Shown: in pieces, positions 1 to 11,399 of the stretch
Layout of the letters: each line of letters starts with the position of its first letter
Position numbering within the stretch: the stretch's first letter is position 1
Assembly: GCA_028534125.1 (NCBI GenBank)
Contig: CM052832.1
Location: forward strand, 21,268,001-21,332,000
Direction: 5' to 3'
DNA length: 64,000 nucleotides
Source of the DNA: Lama glama
Lineage: Eukaryota
Notes under the pieces: generated by a model
Database searches by the model: none
Told to the model about the DNA's origin: nothing
Seen by the model: the letters and a program-made list of their open reading frames with translations, nothing else
Made by a program: the position numbers and the translations under genes

Positions 1-1439
1 CTCGTCTAAACTCTGCATGGGAATGTGTATCTTTTCTTGCCACGGGTCATACCATTTTTGTAACTAGGCACGCGGGGAAGTCTGGAAGTTTTCCTCCTAG
101 GGATACGCAGGCTTCGAGCCGCCCATGTGAAGTTTATCTGTGCTCTTTCTGCTGTTTGCTGTCTGGAAAGGATTATCTTGGGAAGAGAGAGTTTTAGGTG
201 CCAGGCTGCTCTTTTCATGTCTTCTCCCCCAGTGAAAACATCAGGTTTTCAGATTACAGACTGAATGTAATTCCATCAGGAAGAGCAGACTCCCAGGAGA
301 TAATCTGAACTGTCAGGGATTACTGAAAAATGGGATACAATGTATTTTTCTCCACACTTCTTAGAGGAGAAAGGACTAGAACTCACACTAGCATTCTGCT
401 TTGTGTTTTAAGGTATGAATTGGAGAATCTTTTAGAAACCATTGCTTGCACCAAATCCAAAGGGGAAAATGAAGCTAGAAATAACTTTTAATACATATCC
501 AATTACCTGAATATTATTTTACAGATCTGAGTAGAGAGAACACGATTTTAGATGATACATAATAGATCAGTATTTGTTAATCTCATATCAAAATTAAATC
601 AGATTGTGCATCATGTACTTCATATTTTACTTAATTTAGTTTCACTCAATAGGGATTTTCAAGTGTAGTTTACTATTGCTAATGTACGGTGACTGTACTG
701 GTTAAGGGTTATGCACTTTAAGAAGATAAAACTATTTGAGCTGATTAGGAATTTTATCTAATTACACTGGTCCATTAAAAAAAATACAGTATCTGCAGAT
801 CAGCTGAATGGCAGAAGCATCACACCTTAAGTTATTGCTGGAAACGCAGAAGCTCTCCTCCTGGCTTTCTCTGCTTTTATCCCGTGGAACTTGGTGTACC
901 AAGGATCTTATTCTGCAAGGATTTTGCAAGATGATGTTAACAGCCCTCCCTCTGAATTCTTTCTGCAAGAGTCATTCCTTTTTTTGAAGAGTGGCTATAT
1001 TTGTAATTTGGGCCCTGAACCCTTGAGAACCCTTGGAGTTACTTTAAGGAGTCCTGGAATCTATATTTATACCAAGTACTATGAAGCACAGAATAAATAA
1101 TGCATTGGGCTATATGACTACTATTTTTCATGTGTAAGTTGCTGTTGTAATAATTAATACAGACAAAATACGCTGATCTCGTGGTAGCTCTGATATTGTC
1201 AACCAACAAGGACTAAAACAAAACTATTCTTAGGTGACACATGGGCTCTCATACTTGAAACGTTTGGAAACTACTAGAAAAAAAGGAGTGGAAAGGGCCA
1301 CAAATACAGCAAGTTTCTGTCTGAACTGAAGTTCCTTGTGTACCTCTGAATTGCATACGGTCAAAGGAATTATTCACGTCTAAGAATGAATCTTGCTCAT
1401 GTAACACACTGGCAACAAAAGCGTAGGGCATTGGGATTT

Positions 1440-1459
1440 GGGGGGCGGGGGCGGGAGGG
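1440..1459 (+). other. G-quadruplex-forming tract / overlapping GC boxes
   Basis: GGGGGG-C-GGGGG-C-GGG-A-GGG: four G-runs with 1-nt loops; contains GGGGCGGGG (SP/KLF). Confidence 0.6.
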
Positions 1460-2774
1460 AAGGAGCACATTCAAATGATCTGCTAACGTGGAGTCTTTTT
1501 TTTTCAATGCTCTCAAATTACCACATTGCGGTTAAGCAGATGACAGCTGGCTGTGGAGGTCGATCAAGTCATTTTAATCACGCTTTCAGCCAGCCAGGAT
1601 GCACTGAATCGTAACTAAGGAGAGGACTCCGTGAAAGGCACCCAACTGCACCCTTTTTCCCAGGCTGAGCTACACTTCTCCCACCCCAGGTTGGATGCTG
1701 GGTCAGGAAAACTGGAGTGGCCAGAGCGGAGGCCAGCCGGACGCCGATGTACCAGGAAGTACCAAGGCCAAGTTACAGAGCGAAAAGGTCCTACCTGTTG
1801 AAGGGTAGGATTGCAAACCAGCAGACGGAACACACAATCACACTGAGTTCACTCCCACCCCTCCGGGAGAAACAGAACCTCAAAACGTCCAACATTTGAA
1901 TAGAAAGGACTAGGCAAGGAGGAGGCGTCTGTAAGCACAAGACCAAAGTTGCCTGCAACCCGGGACACGTCTGCTTCCACTCTTGAGTCGGCAAATAAAT
2001 CCATGCCTTTTCTACACTCCACAGAAGTTTTTATTGTTTATAAATAATTACAGCTCTCTTTCATGTTTCCACATCCTGGGTCTGAGGAGAGAAGGGAATT
2101 GGGCCTGTTAACCTTATGCAACTAAGAAACAGTTTATAGCTGGCCAGGTGCAAGTGCGTATCTAATCTCTGCCTGTGTCTGTCCTGCAGCAGCTGCAGCA
2201 GTTGGAGGGAGTGAGGGAGTTGTTAAATATCAAGGGAATGTTTGTGCCAGTGTTGTCCCACTTTGGGGTAGTAAGAGACACTTACCAATGATTTTTGCAC
2301 TTAGAAAGAGTGACAGTCACTATTGAGGAAAAGTTATTTTCACTGAGACCCCAACAGTGGGAGTGAGGACCAGGCAATCAAGTCCAAATGGAGATTTGAG
2401 ACCCTTTATCAGTCTGTTTCCTTTTGGGCACCATGGCCCCTGTAGTTGCAAAAGCCTTTAAGTGTGCTTTTCTTCCCGCCACTGGTTCCTTGTGATTGTG
2501 GACAGGACACTCAGGTCTCAGAGCCAAAGCATATTCACCGGGAAAACAAAAATTGTCTTTAATTCCTTGTTAATGCCCAAGGATATTGAAAAGGTTAATA
2601 ATATAATTCTGGGTACAGTAAAATGAGATCTTGAAGAGAGAGGGTGTCAGATGAAAGGAGGTTTTGCATGAGTTATTCAGACTACGTGGTGCAGTGAGGT
2701 GAATACTGGCTAAGACTCTCAGAGTGACTGTGGACCTCAAGACTTGCTGGAAGCCCGAGTTGGGAACAAGGCAT

Positions 2775-2810
2775 CTGAGCCTCGGTTTCCTTATCTGTAC
2801 CATGAGAAAC
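2775..2810 (+). mobile_element. MIR core fragment
   Basis: TCTGAGCCTCGGTTTCCTTATCTGTA resembles the MIR core. Confidence 0.6.
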
Positions 2811-3089
2811 TGATCATTGCAAAACTCCCTTTAGTTTGATGGATTTATACCAAATCCACACCGCCCATCCGTGAGAAAGCTAGGCACCATGTCAAACACA
2901 AAGGAAGTAAGACATCATCTATACGCTCTCATAATGGAGACTCGCCTAGCACAGGTGAAACAGTTACCTGTTGACATTTTTAGCTCTGCTCTGTGTAGGT
3001 TCCTTCCCTCCCCCTCCAACCAAACATTTAGATGAGACTGCAGATGGCATCTGTAGCCCACAGAAGTTGCACTTGCTAAATGTCACAGA

Positions 3090-3647
3090 ACCCTGATGAC
3101 AGAGGCTTGCCTAAAGAGGGGTGTTGTTGGTAACAAGTCGTGGACTCCGGGGATGCAGAGTGAGGGCCGTCCCAGCTGTGACACAGTGGCATCATGCCCA
3201 GGCTACTTTTCTTTCCTCTTTGTCTTTCTTAGAATCTGGCTTTCATCCTCATGGATCTGGCCTCACCTGGCAGCCTACCCAGTGACTTCTGATCTTACCT
3301 CATTGGCCAGAACAGTATCCCATGACCACCCCCAGCTGCAGGTGATGCTAGGACACAGAGGACAGTTGACTGTTGAACAGTTGAAGATCTGAGTGTAACT
3401 TTATAGTCCGCCTTCCACATCTGCGCTCCCATACCCATGGCTTCAGCCAGCTGCAAGTCATGTGGCATTGGTGTATTTACAGCTGAGAAAAATCAGCGTG
3501 TAACTGCGTGCACTGCACACCCACGTTGCTCAGGGATCGAATGTACTGTAATTGAGCCCATTGCTACAATTTAACCAAATCAAGCATCTGTTAGTAAAGA
3601 AGAAGGTGAAAATGGATATTGGGGATGGAACAGCAGTGGATGCCAGA
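3090..3647 (-). mobile_element. MLT1 (MaLR) LTR, MLT1K/L-like, interrupted by a Tigger2 MITE
   Basis: CTCATTGGCCAGAAC...CATGACCACCCCCAGCTGCA before the MITE and TCTGTTAGTAAAGAAGAAGGTGAAAATGGATATTGGG...TGCCAGA after it are typical reverse-strand MLT1 motifs; left boundary uncertain. Confidence 0.7.
3363..3543. mobile_element. Tigger2-type MITE (Tigger2a-like, TcMar-Tigger)
   Basis: Degenerate TIRs CAGTTGACTGTTGAACA ... GTTGCTCAGGGATCGAATG followed by TA; same TIR family as the element at 33073. Confidence 0.75.
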
Positions 3648-3894
3648 ATTCTCATGAGGGTCACAGATCTGGGAATGATGGTAAATATACTGAGTGGTCC
3701 TCAGAAGGCTCTCAGGAGAAGGGAATAAGAAGATGAATCTGATGTGCAGAATTCAATAGCCTTAAAGCCTCACCCTTGAGTCTAAAAGAAGCAACTGTAC
3801 ACAGGAAGAATGGGGGAAATGTTTCTTAATCACACCTTGTAAAAATCTCTATTAATTTAAATTTACCACGAGAGAGTAGTAACAGCAATCAACA

Positions 3895-4137
3895 TACTAG
3901 TTTACATTTCTTAACTGTTTACTATGACATCTCATTTAATTCTCATAGTAATTCTCTGAGATAGATTTTTAAATTATTATATTATTATCATCATCATCAT
4001 CATCATCATCATCCCTATTTTACTTTTGAGAAAATGGAGAATTATAAGTTACTTGACCGAAGTCCTTTAGCTAGTAAGTGGCTAGGCTGGGATTTGAACC
4101 TAAGGCCAGGGCCCTTGTTAACGACCTCTGTTTATAC
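3895..4137 (-). mobile_element. MIR SINE containing an (ATC)9 microsatellite
   Basis: ATCTCATTTAATTCTCA...AAGTTACTTGACCGAAGTC...AGCTAGTAAGTGGCTAGGCTGGGATTTGAACC. Confidence 0.8.
3987..4013. repeat. (ATC)9 microsatellite
   Basis: Nine perfect ATC units. Confidence 0.95.
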
Positions 4138-5196
4138 TATTTTCTGAGGAAAAGTGATATCTAAAGAAGCTAATTCAGTCTTGGGCTGCATTAACTGTAT
4201 CACAATATCTATGTCTAGGAAGAGAAGAGTCTCTGTCTTGTCTGGTCAGAACCTATTTGCAGTGTTGGTCTAAATTCTAGAAACCACATTCAGACAGGAA
4301 CCAGTAGTCCTTTGTACACCCATATCACCTTTGCTTCAATTTTGGAGGATGGAAAGGATGCTCAAGGCCAACTCCTCCCCCTTGCCCTTGGCCCCATCCC
4401 ATGTCTCTCTGGACCTCCATCAGTTGACCCTTCTATCTCGCATCTCCAACTTATTGCTTTTTACTAATTAACTTTTCCTCCACCAGTGAATTTATTTAAA
4501 AAATTTTTGTCCTAAATAAATAACCCCCCCAAAACCTCATGTATAGAAATATGTACCTTTTTAACTACTCCTTCTAGTAAGTCCTTGTTAACCATACTTC
4601 TTAAAAGAATATTTAACACATGCTGTCTCTGCCCCCTTACCTCCCGTTCACACCTTCCTCGGTTTCCAACTATGCTGAACATCACCAGCAGTTGCAAAAT
4701 ATAAGTCCCTTCTCCGTGGCAGCCGTCTTTAGAAGCCGAAGCAGTGGACCAAGCAGATGCTTGTCGGATGCTTGTATCTTAAGGGCTCCTCATTTATCTG
4801 ATTTGTGTCCAGAAAGCATGCATAAGTCTGTTACAAAGTTAGCTTTCACAAGCATGTTCTACTAAATTGATACGACTTTTAATTCACCTTGAAAATGTGA
4901 ACCTAAACTCTGTATGATTTTATTGGCTCACTGTTGGTTTTCTCATATTATTCTTAACATAAGAAGGCTGACTACGTCAGCTCTTTTATATTTCGGAAGT
5001 AATTTTGATGGCTTTAACACTATTTAACTTGTTATGGAAATGGTGGTATGCTGAGTGATACAGTCAGTGAAAACTGGCTGGTTCCGTTTTGAATTATCAG
5101 TGAAATAAGCATTAGGGACGTGAAGATCTGAGAAAAGAAAGTGTATTGTCTGCATCTACCTTGGGATTGGCCCTGCCAGCACCACGTCCTCTGACC

Positions 5197-5232
5197 ATGG
5201 ACAAGACCCGAGTCCTTTTGGCAAAACACTTT
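5197..5232 (+). other. Candidate first coding exon fragment (MDKTRVLLAKHF), unverified
   Basis: Strong Kozak ACCATGG, 12 open codons, then donor TTT|GTAAGT; peptide not recognised. Confidence 0.2.
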
Positions 5233-5704
5233 GTAAGTAGGTAATTTCACAAAGGTATGGAAAAACATGTTTCGATTGCATGTATAATGTAATATATTTC
5301 TAAACTTCACCGTCTCAGATATATCAGGAATACTGGTGGGTGTTCAAAAGTTCTAATTCTTCAATTTTATCTCTTACACTACTTCTGTATCCAGTGGACT
5401 GTAGCAAGCAATGTCCTTCAAGGAAAAGTCCTAAAACTTCCTAAACGTAGAAGTGAAACAGTAATTAACTTAATCTCCTGTTAAGATATAAAGAACAAGT
5501 TTTCTGTGAGCTTTGGCTTTTTGCACCTTTTTCTCGACCTTTTGCAAAGCATGATCAGAACAAGAAATTGCCAAAGGCAGGATGGAGAGGCAGAGTCTAG
5601 GAGCACTGAGGGCTGGGGACGGAGAGTGAGCCATGGTGTATAAGCAGATCATGTTTGAGTTCTAGAATGACTCCAACATTTCAAGACTACTATTACATTA
5701 GTGC

Positions 5705-5890
5705 TTGTATTTTAAAATAGCACTTCCAGCTTTTTTAAAGCACATTTACATGCATTATGCATTTGTGTGCATGACTCACAAAATGTATTCATTCCCAGTT
5801 TAAAATGAAAAAGACTGAGGTGGAGAAGCTAAGTGATTTGCCCAGTGTCTTCGGTCTCCTGGCTCAAAGCTCTGCCCCCCACGCCACATC
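5705..5890 (-). mobile_element. MIR SINE
   Basis: ATTCCCAGTTTAAAATGAAAAAGACTGAGG...AAGTGATTTGCCCAG. Confidence 0.7.
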
Positions 5891-6262
5891 TATACACTTT
5901 TTTACTTTTCTCTCTGATCTCTTAGATTTCATTCCTGAAGTGAGAGAGGCGACAGGGAGAGAGGGATGCAGCCAGACTTGTTATTCGAAGGAAATGGGAT
6001 AAGAAGCCAGTGATACTTGAGGAGCATTTTGCAAGCACATCTAGATGCTAGAAGAAGCCCGACATTAATACACAACAAGCAACTTGCACTGCTATATATT
6101 TTTCTGAAATAGACTGCATTTATGATCAGCTTTTAAAGGCTAGTAACCTTTACTCTACGTAACAGGGAAAAAATCAAGTTTTGTATTGAGTTTCTAACCT
6201 TCAGTTAGAGCCTACACTTTAGTATATTTTACCAAACAACTTTATTCAAAAGAGCTATGGCT

Positions 6263-6314
6263 CACGTTGTAACTGACTATACCTCAATTAAAAAGACGCA
6301 ATGGAAAAAAAAAA
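6263..6314 (+). mobile_element. 52-bp extremely 5'-truncated young L1 with perfect 15-bp TSD
   Basis: TSD AAAAGAGCTATGGCT at 6248-6262 and 6315-6329; insert CACGTTGTAACTGACTATACCTCAATT matches the 3' terminus of the L1 at 54816-55514; A-tail present. Confidence 0.85.
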
Positions 6315-7234
6315 AAAAGAGCTATGGCTTAGCATTAAGCAGAACTAAGGACAAAAGGAATAACTTTAAAGTGTTCCACAGGTACAGGCAACAGTTTAGG
6401 GGAATCTTCTATTAAACATGTTTGCATGGAGAGATCAAATAGTATGCAATTATTTTGTAATTGCCTTTCAGCCCCTTGCTGTAATTATTCATTTAGTTAT
6501 ATGTGCTTTACAAATTAGCGCCCCCAAAGATCTAAAAAAACATTACACAGAACATGGTGATTATCCTTAGAGTTACATGGTTTCTCAAAGGGTAATTACA
6601 ATTTAATTTGCTAGGTCTAAATTCATATCATGACCTCGTGGTAATCAGATACTTTCACAGTGACTTGCTTGGCTGTTGGGGTCTCCAGATTCTGTGCACT
6701 GGCTCAAGGACGGGGACACACTTAGGAACAGATGCAAATCCAAAATGGTGGCTGTGGTGTTTTTGTACCTGCTCCTGGCTATCCAAGGCTTGCAATCTAT
6801 ATTATTTGAATGCATGTGTGTATGGATGGGCACGTGTAAACACCCACCTGCAGGCTCCTGAGTTGTCCCCAAAGGCTGGCCAATTCATGGAGAGGAACCT
6901 TTTACCCAGTCAGTCCAGGGTCCCTCCCACTTAAAAAGCTACACACCTTTGTTAAGTTTATTAGATGGTCAAGAGAAGAGAAACATGAATGTCTCACCTT
7001 CCTTTAAGATCAAGAACAATGCAAGCAAAAACATCTTTCATTAAATGCAAGAAGTACAAGCATACCGGTTGGGAGGGGAGGGAGAGCAAGAAAGATACAG
7101 GAAACCATCTAAGACCTTGAAGCATCAGAGAGCTGGGATTTAATCAGAGAGATGAAGTCCGTCCTGAACACAGAAGCGTCATAAAATGATCTGGCTTCTG
7201 GAGGCGGCAGGGTAATCCGTTGCTTGAGCCCAAA

Positions 7235-7426
7235 CTGTGGTGTGCTGAAGGCAACTCCTACTAGCTTGTGAGAACCAACTGCTAAATACGCAGGGATCTT
7301 GGAACAGGCTGTTACTTGGAATCTTGAAGTCAGCCAAGGTGGGAATATTTACACCATGAAAATTGAGAAACACTACAAGCCAGGGCTCCCCACCCCGACC
7401 CAAGTCAGTTTCCCAGCATACCACTG
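7235..7426. mobile_element. MER63A-like hAT (Blackjack) MITE
   Basis: TIRs CTGTGGTGTGCTG / CAGCATACCACTG; 8-bp TSD AGCCCAAA / AGTTCAAA (6/8); internal GGTGGGAATATTTACACCATGAAAATTG typical of MER63. Confidence 0.85.
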
Positions 7427-7652
7427 AGTTCAAACATCGCTGAAGGAACACTTCATTGAAAAGCCCAGTTTTCTAATAATTGATATGGGACAGGGTCTCC
7501 CTACTCACCAACTCTTAGATTTTAACCCTTCCCCTGAGTGACTCCAAGCTTCAGTTCCAACTTTTCCTTCTTTCTATTAGGCTCTTCCAACCCACCTGAG
7601 AGACTGTCACAAGTGAACACTGAATTGTAGGAAGCTCATTTTTGAATATTAA

Positions 7653-7890
7653 TAGTTAAGAGCATAGATTTGAATTTGAACTCAGATCAGACAACCTGGG
7701 TTTGCATCCACAAGCCTGTATCTACCAGATGTGTGATTTGAATAATACTCGCCTCTTCAAGCTTTGGGTTCCCCACCTAATGGAGCTGCTGTAGGAGTAA
7801 TAGTGTCTTCCTGATGGTGCTGCTGTGGGTATTAAATGAGTTATTTTATGGAAAGTACTCGGAACTCTGGCCATAGAAAGTGCCATGTGT
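7653..7890 (+). mobile_element. MIR SINE
   Basis: GTTAAGAGCATAG...CCTGGGTTTGCATCC...TGTGGGTATTAAATGAGTTA. Confidence 0.75.
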
Positions 7891-8783
7891 CTGTTTTTGT
7901 TCTTAATCGGGAAGACGATCTGATCATGTGCACTGGGCACAATGTGGACACTCACAAAGTGGGAATTGCTTTTGTTCTTCTCTTTGCAGTAGTTATTATA
8001 TAGCATTGGTATTTGGGTTAAAACACCCCTTTCTTTAGGGCCTAGTAGGTGATGTCTCTTGGGCCACAGACTGGCTATTGGGAGAGTTCCCGTTGTCACA
8101 TTGGATGCCACTTTCCAGGAGTGGACCTTCGGCTCTAAAAATGAGCAAGAACCTAGTAGGCGGGCGAGGAGACCCACAACGTGCGGAAGGAGGCAGGGCA
8201 GGGAGAGCTTGGAGACCTGTCCTTTCTTTGAACTGACAGAACTTAATACCGATAACACTCGGTCTGTAAGGACTGCCTGAATTTGTTCTCTCTTCCCTTG
8301 GGATTTTGAGTCTAGGGTACCATGGTGGTAACTTTATTCTATTTTTGCTCTTTTGTGCTTGGGCTGGGAAGAGTGGAAGTAAGCATGGCTCTGCCCCACC
8401 TCTTTTCAGCTATTTCTCTACCCAAGGAATCTGCTAGCCATTAAGAAGGTCCCTACTTTTGAGAAGAAATACTCAGTTTCAAGTTTAATGAAATTCAATA
8501 CATTCAGTCATCTGTTCCCCTCTCCACCCCTTTATCTTGTCCAGGCTCTTCTTGAACTTGCTTTCTTATTGGGTAATTGTTGGAAAAGAGGCAAAGTCAC
8601 TTTGCAATTTCACCTTGGAAAGTATTTTGATTTTCTAAGGCTAGGATATTGAAGACAATTAGTTTCCTTTGTGATCTCATCTATTGTACTGTATGTGCAT
8701 ATAAAAGCATTGTTGAGAACTGATCCTCAAACTTTACCAGATTGCCAGAGAGCATACGGCAAAAAAAAAAAAAAAAGGATATG

Positions 8784-8897
8784 GGGGGTTCGGGGGAGGG
8801 TGTAGCTCAGTGGTAGAGTGTGTGCTTAGCATGCACAAGGTCCTGGATTCAATCCTTTGTACCTCTGTTAAAAAATTAATTAATCAGTTGTTTTTTT
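8784..8897 (+). mobile_element. tRNA-Ala-derived camelid SINE (vic-1 type)
   Basis: GGGGAGGGTGTAGCTCAGTGGTAGAG (A box)...GGATTCAATCC (B box), AT-rich tail; TSD AAAAGGATATG (8773-8783) / AAAAGGATGTG (8898-8908). Confidence 0.9.
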
Positions 8898-11399
8898 AAA
8901 AGGATGTGAACATATCCAAATGGAGAGTTCCAGAGGGTTTAGGAACAGAATTTTTTTTCATCATCTGTGCTGAGAGAGGGCAGATTCCTAGTAAAAATAT
9001 GAAGAGCCACCACCTCATTGGCCTCACTCTCCAAAATGAAAAGGAAAATAAAATACATGCAACAAACACCTAAATTTAACTGAAATGTATTAGCCATTAA
9101 ATACTAATGGGATTTTGATAGACTTTCATAAAACCTGTCATCCATTTTTCCACCTATTCCACCCTTTTTAATTCTTTGCTCCCTTGGCTTTGAATCACTA
9201 TTTATAGTTGAAAATGAGCATTTTTTCCCCAGTAATTGGGAAGCCTGTTATTTCAGGATAATCTACACGATGAAGGAAAAGCTTGATGTTCTCATGCTGG
9301 AAACCTGGACGTCGCTGAAGTGTCTTCTCTAACAGGGAAACGTCCTTTAGCATTCCCCCGTTCCTTTTGCCAATAATGAAGACACATCACTGACCAGGCA
9401 GAGTGAAGACCCTGTGACCCTGCCTGGGAAGAGCTGAGTCCACAGAGGAAGACACTAAGTGAGCAAAAAGTCGGACACGAGGTGCTGGAAGAAAAGAGGG
9501 AGCCAGGAGCTCGGGGAGGGTGTGACTACCACATGTGGCAGACTGTCCCCAGTTACAGAGGACATAGGGACATACCACATAGGTTTCCTCAATAAAATCA
9601 TGTCCTTTGTACTCATTTGGACAGAATTTTAACAGCAAAGATAGACATGTTTAAGGACTCAATTTTATTTCTTTATTCTCATGTTCAATGATGATATATT
9701 CTATGTGTTTGAATTTCCAACCAGAAATTCAACATGCATAAAGGAATGCGTCGCAGTGTTTAATCAGCAGTTCTCCATCTTGGATCCCTGGTGGAATTAA
9801 TTACCTGGTGGTGGTGGGGTGTGGGGAGCTTTTGAAAAATACCGGTGTTTGGGCCACTTTTCCTTGGTGGTTGGAGGCCTGAGGGAAATCATGAGGAAAG
9901 ATGGGATGCCCTGAGGACGGGCTGCCAGAGTCTCCTGTGCCCCCCATGACCCACACCGACCGCGCACATCCAGGGCACCTGCTGGCTTCCTCGGGTTCCA
10001 GGCCAAGCCTCACCCGCTCCACTGGGAGGTCAGCACCCTGGACGCAGACCTGCCAGATGATGGAGACGTGGACTCCCCAGAAGGCCTCCTTGCCCCACAG
10101 AAATGATTTCCTACTGGGAGCCTTCGTGTTTGAAATTCCCCTACTAGAGCCATGCCTTTTCTGGGAGGTTTATTTTCTGCAAAACTCTAAGTGCCTCTGA
10201 GGAATTACACTATAACTGATTGGTTATTTGTATCGCTGGGGGCTCATTTCCTGACAGCAGGTTTTGAAAGAAGGTGGCAAGGCGAATTTCTCAGAGTTGG
10301 ATTCTTGAATGAGAGCTGAAAAAGGTACAGAAGAGAAGGCCTCTCTTCGACTCTGTCCAGGTAGCATCCTGCAGCATAGGCCTGAGGCTCACTCCCACCA
10401 GCCCACCGCCTCGAAGCAGAATCAGTCCTTTATTTAAATGTCACTTAACACTCACAGTCATTCCCAAATTACAGGGACGATGCTCTCCTGTCTAGTTTTG
10501 ACCTGTCTGTTTGGTCTCTAAAAACTTCCTCTTTCCAGTGGGATTCATGTCAAGAGAACCAAATAAGAAGCAAACAGAAAAATTAAATTCATGAGGCACA
10601 AGTGGGGAAAAAAATTGTGGAATCCTTATAAAATGACTTGCAGTGGCCCACACAGTGACCCTCTGTGTGCTGCGTGCTATGTATGTGCCCTTCTGGCTCA
10701 GAACCATAATAAGCACCTGTCCTCAGAGGGGCTGGTGGTGGGCTGTTCCGGAGCACTTAGCACATCCTGAGTGCTCGGTAAATGTCGGGGGTAGGAGATT
10801 ATCTTCAGGGGATGTCTCCTCAGAGGAAGGTGCCGTGCAAACGCTAGTATTGTTATTCTTTTAGCCCAGATTTATAATTGACTTTCTGTTCAACATGGCA
10901 GCAAGTTAAATTAATTCAGTATGATTACAGTCATTAAACAAATGCCTGGTAATGACTGCTTTCTTATTTTAGCATTCCTCAAATCACTAGGGTAATACCA
11001 TATAAGGCTTTTGCTCCATTGTCAGTTAATTGGGATGCACGACCTGCTTTCTGCAGTAGAGCCTGCACACGGCTTTACAGCAGCCGGACCATGATTTAAG
11101 GCTCTTGCTGGACTAATTTACCTTCGGGTTTTTTCTTATTGCTCTTGCCTTTCCGTGAGGTACAGTGTACTAGTTCATTACAGCATACAAGTAGCTTAAG
11201 GGAATTTCTACCTGCTTTAAACAAAAAAGCAATGTGCTTTTTAAAATCAAAACGCAGGCAGGAACTCTCCCACCATGATTCTGTGGATGCTGAAACTAAC
11301 CCACGCAATAGGGACAGTGAGGATTTTCACCTGTTTTCACATCGGACCAGTCACCCCAAGCATCACCTGCCATCTTAGCAGGCAGGACAGAAATAGTTA

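Larger units (their letters stand above)
3658..4300 (+). mobile_element. L3/CR1 LINE fragment in two pieces (about 3658-3850 and 4148-4300), split by a MIR
   Basis: AAGCAACTGTACACAGGAAGAATGGGGGAAA and GCTAATTCAGTCTTGGGCTGCATTAA...CTGGTCAGAACC...ACCACATT follow the L3 RT-end consensus colinearly. Confidence 0.65.

Noticed and set aside
2286..2439. Minus-strand exon candidate with donor TTG|GTAAGT and GCCATGG
   Set aside because: Weak polypyrimidine tract and stop codons in all three frames; at most non-coding, with no further support.
8792..8866. tRNA-Ala(AGC)-like cloverleaf (anticodon stem TGTGC/GCACA, loop TTAGCAT)
   Set aside because: The T-stem is broken (CCTGG/CCTTT), and it has an AT tail and TSD; it is a SINE head, as are the copies at 30.9 and 33.3 kb.
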